A stretch of DNA of 64,000 nt from Mobula hypostoma (taxonomy: Eukaryota). The notes below the pieces were generated by a model. It was given only the letters and a program-made list of their open reading frames with translations. It did not search any database and was not told the origin of the DNA. Below are positions 48,014 through 61,600 of the stretch, piece after piece. The number at the start of each line of letters is the position of its first letter. The stretch's first letter is position 1. The stretch is taken from assembly GCF_963921235.1 (NCBI RefSeq), contig NC_086126.1, positions 6,262,001 to 6,326,000 of the forward strand, read 5' to 3'. The position numbers and the translations under genes are program-made.

Positions 48014-50124
48014 CACATCGCCAGTGGTGGGCGGGGGACGCTGGAAGGCAGAGAGGGCGGGAGGTCAGTGGTGATGGGGAGTCAGGGGCTCTGAATATCA
48101 GAATGGGGGAAGGGGGAAATCAGCAGGACCATTGGGAACAAGGGGGTGGCAAAAAGAGGCGGGGGTCATAATAGGGCCTTGAGGGACGGGAATAAGGAGT
48201 GTAGGCGATCAGAGATGGAAGAGGATTGGGGGGAAAAGAACGAGAGAGAGAGTCAGAGACAGGAGGGAAATTAAGGAGAGTAGGGATCAGAGATGGAGGG
48301 GATCGGGGGAAGAACGAGAAGGAGTCGGAGACAGGAGGGGGATTGGGGAGAGCAGAGTGAGGGGGAGTCAGATAAGGGGAATCGAGAAGAGAATGAGAAG
48401 GGGCTCAGAGACGAGAGTCAGCGGGTGGGAGATTAGAAGGGGGCGTTTCAGAACGAGGAGGAACCAAGATGGCAAATAGGAGCTTAAGGTAAAGGGAACC
48501 CTTTGGAGTCAGTGATCATAACATGAGTGAATTTGAGAGGGAGAAGCACAAGGCACCTGCATCAGTATCGCAATGGAATTGCAGAGACATGAGAGAGGAG
48601 TTTGCCCAGGTGGATTGGAGAAGGATATCGGTGGAGTTGATGGCAGAGCAGAGATGGCTGAAGTTTCTGGGAATAGTTCACAAGGTGCAGGACAGATTAT
48701 GTCCCACAGAAGTAGTTCTCGAATGGCAGGGGTAGGGAACTTAAGGACTGCATAAAAGCCAAGGACATATAAGGTAGCAAAAGTGAGTGGGAAGCTGGCT
48801 TTTAAAACCCAACAAAAGGCAACTAAAAAGTTACTAAGAAGGGAAAAGATGAAATATGAGGGCAAATTAACCGATAAAGGAAGATATCAAAAGTTCTTGA
48901 GTTATATAAAGAGTAAAAGGGAGGTGTGAGTTGACATTGGACTACTGGAAAATTATGCTGGGGAGGTAGTAATGGGGAACAAAGAAATGGCAGATGAATT
49001 TAATGGGTACCTTGTATCTGTCTTCACTGTGGAAGACACCAGCAGTGTGCCAGAGGTCTGTGAGTCTCAGGGAGCAGGAGTGAGTGCCATTGCTATTACC
49101 AAGGAAAAAGTGCCAGGCAAACTGAGAGGTCTTAAGGTGGATAAGTCACCTGGACCAGATGGACTACATCCCAGAGTCCTGAGAGAGGTTGCTGAAGAGA
49201 TAACGGATACATTGGTCATGATTTCAAGAATCACTTGATTCTGACATGGTCCCGGAGGACTGGAAGATTACAAATGTCACTCCACTCTTTAAGAAGGGAG
49301 GAAAAGAGAGGACACGATAGGCCAGTTAGCCTAATCTCAGTGGTTGGGAAGGTGTTGGAGTCCATTATTAAGGATGAAGTTTCGAGGTACTTGGAGACTA
49401 ATGACAAAATAAGTCAAAGTCAGCCTGGTTTCTGTAAAGGGAAATTTTGCCTGACAAATCTGTTCGAGTTCTTCGAGGAAGTAACAAGCAGGGTGGACAA
49501 GGGAGAGGCAGTGGATATCATTCAATTGGCTTTTCAGAAGGCATTTGATAAGGTGCCACACATGAAGCTGCTTAACAAGATAAAATCTGATGGTGTTACA
49601 GGAAAGATTCTGGCATGGAGAGCGGGATGGCTGACAGGCAGGAGGCAGCGAGTGGGAATAAAAGGGGACTTTTCTGGTTGGCTGCCAGTGACTAGTGGTG
49701 TTCCTCAGGGGTCAGTATCGGGACCGATACTTTTCACATTGTCAGTGATTTGGATAATGGAATTGATGGCTTTGTGGCAAAGTTTGCGGATGATATGAAG
49801 ACAGGTGGAGGGGCAGGTAGTGCTGAGGAAGCAATGCGATTGCAGCAAGACAGACAAACTGGAAGAATGGGCAATAAAATAGCAGATGGAATACAGTGTT
49901 GGGAAAAGTATGATAATACATTTTGGTAAAGGGAACAATAGTGCGGACTATTATCTAAACGGGGAGAAGGTTCAAACATCAGAGGTGCAGTGAGACTCGG
50001 GAGTCCTCGTGCAAGACTCTCAGAAGGTTAATTTACAGGCTGAGTCTGTGGTAAAGAAGGCAAATGCAATGTTGGCATTTATTTCAAGGGAAATAGAATA
50101 TAAAAACAAAGAGATACGCTGAGA

Positions 50125-50750
50125 AACACACACAAAATGCCGGTGAATGCAGCAGGCCAGGCAGCATCTCTAGGAAGAGGTACAGTCGACGTTTCAGGCC
50201 GAGACCCTTCGTCAGGACTAACTGAAGGAAGAGCTAGTAAGAGATTTGAAAGTGGGAGGGGGAGGGGGAGATCCAAAATGATAGGAGAAGACAGGAGGGG
50301 GAGGGATGGAGCCAAGAGATGGACAGGTGATTGGCAAAAGGGATATGAGAGGATCATGGGACAGGAGGCCTAGGGGGAAGGAAAAGGGGGAGGGGGGAAG
50401 CCCAGACGATGGGCAAGGGGTATAGTGAGAGGGACAGAGGGAGAAAAAGGAGAGAGAGAGAAAGAATGTGTGTATAAAAATAAATAGCAGATGGGGTATG
50501 AGGGGGAGGTGGGGTATTAGCGGAAGTTAGTGAAGTCAATGTTCATGCCATCAGGTTGGAGGCTACCCAGACGGAATATAAGGTGTTGTTCCCCCAACCT
50601 GAGTGTGGCTTCATCTTTACAGTAGAGGAGGCCGTGGATGGACATATCAGAATGGGAATGGGATGTGGAATTAAAATGTGTGGCCACTGGGAGATCCTGC
50701 TTTCTCTGGCGGACAGAGCGTAGGTGTTCAGCAGAACGGTCTCCCGGTCT
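50125..50750 (-). mobile_element. Penelope-like retroelement 3' portion: GIY-YIG endonuclease C-terminus plus terminal repeat
   Basis: Minus strand reads AEHLRSVRQRKQDLPVATHFNSTSHSHSDMSIHGLLYCKDEATLRLGEQHLIFRLGSLQPDGMNIDFTNFR*. Confidence 0.85.
50184..50219 (-). ncRNA. Minimal type I hammerhead ribozyme motif, intact
   Basis: AGUC-CUGACGA-AGGGUCUCGGCCU-GAAA-CGUC-GACU: complete core, helix I AGUC/GACU, GUC cleavage triplet, loopless palindromic helix III (ACGU). Confidence 0.7.
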
Positions 50751-51334
50751 TTATAAAAGACTAGTCAGGCCTCACTTGGAGTATTGTCAACAGTTTTGGG
50801 CCCCCATATCTCAGAAAGGATGTGTTGTCATTGGAGAGAGTCCAGAGGAGATTCATGAGGATAATTCTGGGAATGAAGGGGTTAACATATGAGGCATGTT
50901 AGGCTGCTTTGGGCCTGTACTCACTGGAATTTAGAAGAATGTGTGTGTGGGGGGGGGGGCGGGAATCTCATTTAAACCTAGGGAATGTTGAAAGGACTAG
51001 ATAGGGTGGATATGGAGAGGATGTTTCCTATGGTGGGTGTATCCAGAACTAGAGGGCACAACCTCAAAATTGAGGGGTGACCTTTTAGAACAGAGGTAAG
51101 GAGGATTTTATTTAGCCAGAGAGTAGTGAATCTGTGGAATGCTCTGCCACAGACTGTGGTGGAGGCCAAGTCCGCGGGTATATTTAAGGCCGAAGTTAAT
51201 CATTTCCTGATCGGTTGGGGCGTCAAAGGATATGGCGACAAGGCGGGTGTATGGGGTTGAGTAGGATCCGGGATCAGCCATGATGGAATGATGGAACCCC
51301 CCAAACCTCGAATCAGAAAACTCATTCCTACTGA

Positions 51335-52465
51335 ACGGGACACGGACCGAACCGCTCCGCTCCCCGCGGGACATGGACACGGACCGAACCACTCCGTTCC
51401 CCCCGGGACACGGACATTCACATAGACGTCCCGCTCCCCCCGGACACGGACCCGGACCGAACCGCTCCGTTCCACCCGGGACACGGACACGGACCGCTCC
51501 GCTCCCCTCCGGGACACGGGCCGAGATGTTCCGCTCCCCCCGGGACACGGACCCGGACCGAACCGCTCCGTTCCCCCCGGGACACGGACACGGACCGCTC
51601 CGCTCCCCTCCGGGACACGGGCCGAGATGTTCCGTTCCCCCCGGGACACGGACACGGACCGCTCCGCTCCGGGACACGGGCCGAGATGTTCCGCTCCCCC
51701 CGGGGCACGGACACGGACCGAACCGCTCTCTCCGGGACACGGACACGGACCGAACCGCTCCGCTCCCCCCGGGACACGGACGTTCACCGAGACGCCCCGC
51801 TCCCCCCGGACACGGGCCGAGACGCCCCGCTCCCCTCGGGACACGAACCGAACCGCTCCACTCCCCCCGGGACACGGACATTCACAGAGACGCCCCGCTT
51901 CCCCCGGACACGGGCCGGGATGTTCCGCTCCCCCCGGGACACGGACATTCAGAGAGACGCCCCGCTCCCCCCGGACACGGGCCGGGATGTTCCGCTCCCC
52001 CCGGGACACGGACATTCAGAGAGACGCCCCGCTCCCCCCGGACACGGGCCGAGACGCCCCGCTCCCCTCGGGACACGAACCGAAACGCTCCACTCCCCCC
52101 GGGACACGGACATTCACAGAGACGCCCCGCTTCCCCCGGACACGGGCCGGGATGTTCCGCTCCCCCCGGGACACGGACATTCAGAGAGACGCCCCGCTCC
52201 CCCCGGACACGGGCCGGGATGTTCCGCTCCCCCCGGGACACGGACATTCAGAGAGACGCCCCGCTCCCCCCGGACACGGGCCGGGATGTTCCGCTCCCCC
52301 CGGGACACGGACATTCAGAGAGACGCCCCGCTCCCCCCGGACACGGGCCGGGATGATCCGCTCCCCCCGGGACACAGGCCGGGATGTTCCGCTCCCCCCG
52401 GGACACGGGCATTCACAGAGACGCCCCGCTCCCCCCGGACACGGGCCGGGATGTTCCGCTCCACC
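51335..52465. repeat. CpG-rich composite minisatellite (67-bp dominant unit) in putative BAD intron 1
   Basis: GGGACACGGACATTCAGAGAGACGCCCCGCTCCCCCCGGACACGGGCCGGGATGTTCCGCTCCCCCC plus shorter sub-units. Confidence 0.92.
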
Positions 52466-52485
52466 GGAGATCACGAACCTCCTAC

Positions 52486-52590
52486 CGATCACGGATCGGC
52501 CTGGCGCCCACTGACTGCCGCGCTTCCGGGATTGACGTCACGTGCACCCGGCCAATGGCGAAACGGCGCAGGAAGTGACGCATCGACTCT
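52486..52590 (-). promoter_or_regulatory. BAD promoter and putative non-coding first exon
   Basis: CCGGAAG (ETS), TGACGTCACGTG (CRE overlapping an E-box), CCAAT, GGAAGTGACG (ETS-CRE); minus-strand donor TCG|gtagga at 52486/52485. Confidence 0.65.
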
Positions 52591-52677
52591 AAACGGGGGG
52601 GAGGGTCATGGAGTGTGGTGGGAGGGGAAAGGGGTCGGGGGAGGGGGAGAGGGAGAGGGGGGCCATCTATTCTGAGG

Positions 52678-55600
52678 CTGTGTCCTCTGGTCCTAGACTT
52701 CCCCACTATAGGAAACATCCTCTCCACATCCACTCTATCTGTGTCCTCTGGTCCTAGACTCCCCCACTGTAGGAAACATCCTCTCCACATCCACTCTATC
52801 TGTGTCCTCTGGTCCTAGACTCCCCCACTATAGAAAACATCCTCTCCACATCCACTCTATCTGTGTCCTCTGGTCCGAGACTCCCCGCTATAGAAAACAT
52901 CCTCTCCACATCCACTCTATCTGTGTACTCTGGTCCTAGACTCCCCCACCATAGGAAACATCCTCTCCACATCCACTCTAACTGTGCCCTCTGGTCCTAG
53001 ACTCCCCCACCATAGGAAACATCCTCTCCACATCCACTCTATCTGTGTCCTCTGGTCCTAGACTCCCCCACCATAGGAAACATCCTCTCCACATCCACTC
53101 TAACTGTGCCCTCTGGTCCTAGACTCACTCACTACCGGAAACATCCTCTCCACATCCACTCTATCTGGGTCCTCTGGTCCTAGACTCCCCCACTATAGGA
53201 AACATCCTCTCCACATCCACTCTATCTGTGTCCTCTGGTCCTAGACTCCCCCACTATAGGAAACATCCTCTCCACATCCACTCCATCTGTGTCGTCTGGT
53301 CCTAGACTCCCCCACTATAGGAAACATCCTCTCCACATCCACTCTATCTGTGTCCTCTGGTCCTAGACTCCCCCACTATAGGAAACATCCACTCCACATC
53401 CACTCCATCTGTGTCCTCTGGTCCCAGACTCCCCCACTATAGGAAACATCCTCTCCACATCCACTCCATCTGTGTCCTCTGGTCCTAGACTCCCCCACTA
53501 TAGGAAACATCCTCTCCACATCCACTCTATCTGTGTCCTCTGGTCCTAGACTCCCCCACTATAGGAAACATCCTCTCCACATCCACTCCATCTGTGTCCT
53601 CTGGTCCCAGACTCCCCCACTATAGGAAACATCCTCTCCACATCCACTCCATCTGTGTCCTCTGGTCCTAGACTCCCCCACTATAGGAAACATCCTCTCC
53701 ACATCCACTCTATCTGTGCCCTCTGGTCCTAGACTCACTCACTACCGGAAACATCCTCTCCACATCCACTCTATCTGTGTCCTCTGGTCCTAGATTCCCC
53801 ACTATAGGAAACATCCTCTCCACATCCACTCCATCTGTGTCGTCTGGTCCTAGACTCCCCCACTATAGGAAACATCCTCTCCACATCCACTCCATCTGAG
53901 TCCTCTGGTCCTAGACTCCCCCACTATAGGAAACATCCTCTCCACATCCACTCCATCTGTGCCCTCTGGTCCTAGACTCACTCACTACCGGAAACATCCT
54001 CTCCACATCCACTCTATCTGTGTCCTCTGGTCCTAGATTCCCCACTATAGGAAACATCCTCTCCACATCCACTCTATCTGTGTCCTCTGGTCCGAGACTC
54101 CCCCGCTATAGAAAACATCCTCTCCACATCCACTCTATCTGTGTCCTCTGGTCCTAGACTCCCCCACCATAGGAAATATCCTCTCAACATCCACTCTATC
54201 TGTGCCCTCTGGTCCTAGACTCACTCACTACCGGAAACATCCTCTCCACATCCACTCTATCTGTGTCCTCTGGTCCTAGACACCCCCACTATAGGAAACA
54301 TCCTCTCCACATCCACTCTATCTGTGTCCTCTGGTCCTAGACTCCCCCACTATAGGAAACATCCTCTCCACATCCACTCCATCTGTGTCCTCTGGTCCTA
54401 GACTCCCCCACTATAGGAAACATCCTCTCCACATCCACTCTATCTGTGCCCTCTGGTCCTAGACACACTCACTACCGGAAACATCCTCTCCACATCCACT
54501 CTATCTCTGTCCTCTGGTCCTAGATTCCCCACTATAGGAAACATCCTCTCCACATCCACTCCATCTGTGTCGTCTGGTCCTAGACTCCCCCACTATAGAA
54601 AACATCCTCTCCACATCCACTCTATCTGTGTCCTCTGGTCCGAGACTCCCCCGCTATAGAAAACATCCTCTCCACATCCACTCTATCTGTGTACTCTGGT
54701 CCTAGACTCCCCCACCATAGGAAACATCCTCTCCACATCCACTCTAACTGTGCCCTCTGGTCCTAGACTCACTCACTACCGGAAACATCCTCTCCACATC
54801 CACTCTATCTGTGTCCTCTGGTCCTAGATTCCCCACTATAGGAAACATCCTCTCCACATCCACTCTATCTGTGTCCTCTGGTCCGAGACTGCCCCGCTAT
54901 AGAAAACATCCTCTCCACATCCACTCTATCTGTGTCCTCTAGTCCTAGACTCCCCCACCATAGGAAACATCCTCTCCACATCCACTCTATCTGTGCCCTC
55001 TGGTCCTAGACTCACTCACTACCAGAAACATCCTCTCCACATCCACTCTATCTGTGTCCTCTGGTCCTAGACTCCCCCACTATAGGAAACATCCTCTCCA
55101 CATCCACTCTATCTGTGTCCTCTGGTCCTAGACTCCCCCACTATAGGAAACATCCTCTCCACATCCACTCCATCTGTGTCCTCTGGTCCTAGACTCCCCC
55201 ACTATAGGAAACATCCTCTCCACATCGACTCTATCTGTGCCCTCTGGTCCTAGACTCACTCACTACCGGAAACATCCTCTCCACATCCACTCTATCTGTG
55301 TCCTCTGGTCCTAGATTCCCCACTATAGGAAACATCCTCTCCACATCCACTCCATCTGTGTCGTCTGGTCCTAGACTCCCCCACTATAGAAAACATCCTC
55401 TCCACATCCACTCTATCTCTGTCCTCTGGTCCTAGACTCCCCCGCTACAGAAAACATCCTCTCCACATCCACTCTAAATGTGCCCTCTGGTCCTAGACTC
55501 ACTCACTACCGGAAACATCCTCTCCACATCCACTCCATCTGTGTCCTCTGGTCCTAGACTCCCCCACTATAGGAAACATCCTCTCCACATCCACTCTATC

Positions 55601-58600
55601 TGTGCCCTCTGGTCCTAGACCCACTCACTACCGGAAACATCCTCTCCACATCCACTCTATCTGTGTCCTCTGGTCCCAGATTCCCCACAATAGGAAACAT
55701 CCTCTCCACATCCACTCCATCTGTGTCGTCTGGTCCTAGACTCCCGCACTATAGGAAACATCCTCTCCACATCCACTCCATCTGTGTCCTCTGGTCCTAG
55801 ACTCCCCCACTATAGGAAACATCCTCTCCACATCCACTCTATCTGTGCCCTCTGGTCCTAGACTCACTCACTACCGGAAACATCCTCTCCACATCCACTC
55901 TATCTGTGTCCTCTGGTCCTAGATTCCCCACTATAGGAAACATCCTCTCCACATCCACTCCATCTGTGTCGTCTGGTCCTAGACTCCCCCACTATAGGAA
56001 ACATCCTCTCCAAATCCACTCCATCTGTGTCCTCTGGTCCTAGACTCCCCCACTATAGGAAACATCCTTTCCACATCCACTCTATCTGTGCCTTCTGGTC
56101 CTAGACTCACTCACTACCGGAAACATCCTCTCCACATCCACTCTATCTGTGTCCTCTGGTCCTAGATTCCCCACTATAGGAAACATCCTCTCCACATCCA
56201 CTCTATCTGTGTCCTCTGGTCCGAGACTCCCCCGCTATAGAAAACATCCTCTCCACATCCACTCTATCTGTGTCCTCTGGTCCTAGACTCCCCCACCATA
56301 GAAAACATCCTCTCCACATCCACTCTATCAGTGCCCTCTGGTCCTAGACTCACCCACTACCAGAAACATCCTCTCCACATCCACTCTATCTGTGTCCTCT
56401 GGTCCTAGACACCCCCACTATAGGAAACATCCTCTCCACATCCACTCTATCTGTGTCCTCTGGTCCGAGACTCCCCCGCTATAGAAAACATCCTCTCCAC
56501 ATCCACTCTATCTGTGTCCTCTGGTCCAAGACTCCCCCACCATAGGAAACATCCTCTCCACATCCACTCTATCTGTGCCCTCTGGTCCTAGACTCACCCA
56601 CTACCGGAAACATCCTCTCCACATCCACTCTATCTGTGTCCTCTGGTCCTAGACACCCCCACTATAGGAAACATCCTCTCCACATCCACTCTATCTGTGT
56701 CCTCTGGTCCTAGACTCCCCCACTATAGGAAACATCCTCTCCACATCCACTCTATCTGTGTCCTCTGGTCCTAGACTCACTCACTATAGGAAACATCCTC
56801 TCCACATCCACTCTATCTGTGTCCTCTATAGGAAACATCCTCTCCACATCCACTCTATCTGTGTCCTCTGGTCCTAGACTCCCCCACTATAGGAAACATC
56901 CTCTCCACATCCACTCCATCTGTGTCCTCTGGTCCTAGACTCCCCCACTATAGGAAACATCCTCTCCACATCCACTCTATCTGTGCCCTCTGGTCCTAGA
57001 CTCCCCCACTATAGGAAACATCCTCTCCACATCCACTCTATCTGTGTCCTCTGGTCCTAGACTCCCCCACTATAGGAAACATCCTCTCCACATCCACTCT
57101 ATCTGTGTCCTCTGGTCCTAGACTCCCCCACTATAGGAAACATCCTCTCCACATCCACTCCATCTGTGTCCTCTGGTCCTAGACTCCCCCACTATAGGAA
57201 ACATCCTCTCCACATCCACTCTATCTGTGCCCTCTGGTCCTAGACTCACTCACTACCGGAAACATCCTCTCCACATCCACTCTATCTGTGTCCTCTGGTC
57301 CTAGACTCCCCCACTATAGGAAACATCCTCTCCACATCCACTCTATCTGTGTCCTCTGGTCCTAGACACCCCCACTATAGGAAACATCCTCTCCACATCC
57401 ACTCTATCTGTGTCCTCTGGTCCTAGACTCCCCCACTATAGGAAACATCCTCTCCACATCCACTCTATCTGTGCCCTCTGGTCCTAGACTCACTCACTAC
57501 CGGAAACATCCTCTCCACATCCACTCTATCTGTGTCCTCTGGTCCTAGATTTCCCACTATAGGAAACATCCTCTCCACACCCACTCTATCTGTGTCCTCT
57601 GGTCCGAGACTCCCCCGCTATAGAAAACATCCTCTCCACATCCACTCTATCTGTGTCCTCTGGTCCGAGACTCCCCCGCTATAGAAAACATCCTCTCCAC
57701 ATCCACTCTATCTGTGTCCTCTGGTCCTAGACGCCCCCACCATAGGAAACATCCTTTCCACATCTACTCTATCTGTGCCCTCTGGTCCTAGACTCACCCA
57801 CTACTGGAAACATCCTCTCCACATCCACTCTATCTGTGTCCTCTGGTCCTAGACACCCCCACTATAGGAAACATCCTCTCCACATCCACTCTATCTGTGT
57901 CCTCTGGTCCTAGACTCCCCCACTATAGGGAACATCCTCTCCACATCCACTCTATCTGTGCCCTCTGGTCCTAGACTCACTCACTACCGGAAACATCCTC
58001 TCCACATCCACTCTATCTGTGTCCTCTGGTCCTAGATTCCCCACTATAGGAAACATCCTCTCCACACCCACTCTATCTGTGTCCTCTGGTCCGAGACTCC
58101 CCCGCTATAGAAAACATCCTCTCCACATCCACTCTATCTGTGTCCTCTGGTCCTAGACTCCCCAACCATAGGGAACATCCTCTCCACATCCACTCTATCT
58201 GTGCCCTCTGGTCCTAGACTCACTCACTACCGGAAACATCCTCTCCACATCCACTCTATCTGTGTCCTCTGGTACTAGACTCCCCCACTATAGGAAACAT
58301 CCTCTCCACATCCACTCTATCTGTGTCCTCTGGTCCTAGACTCCCCCACTATAGGAAACATCCTCTCCACATCCACTCCATCTGTGTCCTCTGGTCCTAG
58401 ACTCCCGCACTATAGGAAACATCCTCTCCACATCCACTCTATCTGTGCCCTCTGGTCCGAGACTCACTCACTACCGGAAACATCCTCTCCACATCCACTC
58501 TATCTGTGTCCTCTGGTCCTAGATTCCCCACTATAGGAAACATCCTCTCCACATCCACTCCATCTGTGTCGTCTGGTCCTAGACTCCCCCACTATAAAAA

Positions 58601-61600
58601 ACATCCTCTCCACATCCACTCTATCTGTGTCCTCTGGTCCGAGACTCCCCCGCTATAGAAAACATCCTCTCCACATCCACTCTATCTGTGTACTCTGGGC
58701 CTAGACTCCCCCACCATAGGAAACATCCTCTCCACATCCACTCTAACTGTGCCTTCTGGTCCTAGACTCACTCACTACCAGAAACATCCTCTCCACATCC
58801 ACTCCATCTGTGTCCTCTGGTCCTAGACTCCCCCACTATAGGAAAGATCCTCTCCATATCCACTCTATCTGTGCCCTCTGGTCCTAGACCCACTCACTAC
58901 CGGAAACATCCTCTCCACATCCACTCTATCTGTGTCCTCTGGTGCTAGATTCCCCACAATAGGAAATATCCTCTCCACATCCACTCTATCTGTGTCCTCT
59001 GGTCCGAGACTCACTCACTACCGGAAACATCCTCTCCACATCCACTCTATCTGTGTCCTCTGGTCCTAGATTCCCCACTATAGGAAACATCCTCTCCACA
59101 TCCACTCCATCTGTGTCGTCTGGTCCTAGACTCCTCCACTATAAAAAACATCCTCTCCACATCCACTCTATCTGTGTCCTCTGGTCCGAGACTCCCCCGC
59201 TATAGAAAACATCCTCTCCACATCCACTCTATCTGTGTACTCTGGGCCTAGACTCCCCCACCATAGGAAACATCCTCTCCACATCCACTCTAACTGTGCC
59301 TTCTGGTCCTAGACTCACTCACTACCAGAAACATCCTCTCCACATCCACTCCATCTGTGTCCTCTGGTCCTAGACTCCCCCACTATAGGAAAGATCCTCT
59401 CCATATCCACTCTATCTGTGCCCTCTGGTCCTAGACCCACTCACTACCGGAAACATCCTCTCCACATCCACTCTATCTGTGTCCTCTGGTGCTAGATTCC
59501 CCACAATAGGAAATATCCTCTCCACATCCACTCTATCTGTGTCCTCTGGTCCTAGACTCCCCCACTATAGGAAACATCCTCTCCACATCCACTCCATCTG
59601 TGTCGTCTGGTCCTAGACTCCCCCACTATAGGAAACATCCTCTCCACATCCACTCTATCTGTGTCCTCTGGTCCTAGACTCCCCCACTATAGGAAACATC
59701 CTCTCCACATCCACTCCATCTGTGTCCTCTGGTCCTAGACTCCCCCACTATAGGAAACATCCTCTCCACATCCACTCTATCTGTGTCCTCTGGTCCTAGA
59801 CTCCCCCAGTATAGGGAACATCCTCTCCACATCCACTCTATCTGTGCCCTCTGGTCCTAGACTCACTCACTACCGGAAACATCCTCTCCACATCCACTCT
59901 ATCTGTGTCCTCTGGTCCTAGATTCCCCACTATAGGAAACATCCTCTCCACACCCACTCTATCTGTGTCCTCTGGTCCGAGACTCCCCCGCTATAGAAAA
60001 CATCCTCTCCACATCCACTCTATCTGTGTCCTCTGGTCCTAGACTCCCCCACCATAGGAAACATCCTCTCCACATCCACTCTATCTGTGCCCTCTGGTCC
60101 TAGACTCACTCACTACCGGAAACATCCTCTCCACATCCACTCTATCTGTGTCCTCTGGTCCTAGACTCCCCCACTATAGGAAACATCCTCTCCACATCCA
60201 CTCTATCTGTGTCCTCTGGTCCTAGACTCCCCCACTATAGGAAACATCCTCTCCACATCCACTCCATCTGTGTCCTCTGGTCCTAGACTCCCGCACTATA
60301 GGAAACATCCTCTCCACATCCACTCCATCTGTGTCGTCTGGTCCTAGACTTCCCCACTATAAAAAACATCCTCTCCACATCCACTCTATCTGTGTCCTCT
60401 GGTCCGAGACTCCCCCGCTATAGAAAACATCCTCTCCACATCCACTCTATCTGTGTACTCTGGTCCTAGACTCCCCCACCATAGGAAACATCCTCTCCAC
60501 ATCCACTCTAACTGTGCCTTCTGGTCCTAGACTCACTCACTACCAGAAACATCCTCTCCACATCCACTCCATCTGTGTCCTCTGGTCCTAGACTCCCCCA
60601 CTATAGGAAAGATCCTCTCCATATCCACTCTATCTGTGCCCTCTGGTCCTAGACCCACTCACTACCGGAAACATCCTCTCCACATCCACTCTATCTGTGT
60701 CCTCTGGTGCTAGATTCCCCACAATAGGAAATATCCTCTCCACATCCACTCTATCTGTGTCCTCTGGTCCTAGACTCCCCCACTATAGGAAACATCCTCT
60801 CCACATCCACTCCATCTGTGTCGTCTGGTCCTAGACTCCCCCACTATAGGAAACATCCTCTCCACATCCACTCTATCTGTGTCCTCTGGTCCTAGACACC
60901 CCCACTATAGGAAACATCCTCTCCACATCCACTCCATCTGTGTCCTCTGGTCCTAGACTCCCCCACTATAGGAAACATCCTCTCCACATCCACTCCATCT
61001 GTGTCCTCTGGTCCTAGACTCCCCCACTATAGGAAACATCCTCTCCACATCCACTCTATCTGTGCCCTCTGGTCCTAGACTCACTCACTACCGGAAACAT
61101 CCTCTCCACATCCACTCTATCTGTGTCCTCTGGTCCTAGATTCCCCACTATAGGAAACATCCTCTCCACATCCACTCCATCTGTGTCGTCTGGTCCTAGA
61201 CTCCCCCACTATAGGAAACATCCTCTCCACATCCACTCCATCTGTGTCCTCTGGTCCTAGACTCCCCCACTATAGGAAACATCCTCTCCACATCCACTCT
61301 ATCTGTGCCCTCTGGTCCTAGACTCACTCACTACCGGAAACATCCTCTCCACATCCACTCTATCTGTGTCCTCTGGTCCTAGATTCCCCACTATAGGAAA
61401 CATCCTCTCCACATCCACTCCATCTGTGTCGTCTGGTCCTAGACTCCCCCACTATAGGAAACATCCTCTCCACATCCACTCCATCTGAGTCCTCTGTTCC
61501 TAGACTCCCCCACTATAGGAAACATCCTCTCCACATCCACTCCATCTGTGCCCTCTGGTCCTACACTCACTCACTACCGGAAACATCCTCTCCACATCCA

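Larger units (their letters stand above)
48510..51290 (+). mobile_element. Degenerate CR1 LINE ORF2, about 2.1 kb, split by a nested Penelope-like insertion
   Basis: KSPGPDGLHPRVLRE, RPVSLISVVGKVLE, AFDKVPH, SGVPQGS, LVRPHLEY motifs with stops and frameshifts. Confidence 0.88.

Noticed and set aside
51108-52675. Several 250-330 aa ORFs on both strands
   Set aside because: They are translations of a stop-poor GC-rich minisatellite, open in most frames, with no domain content
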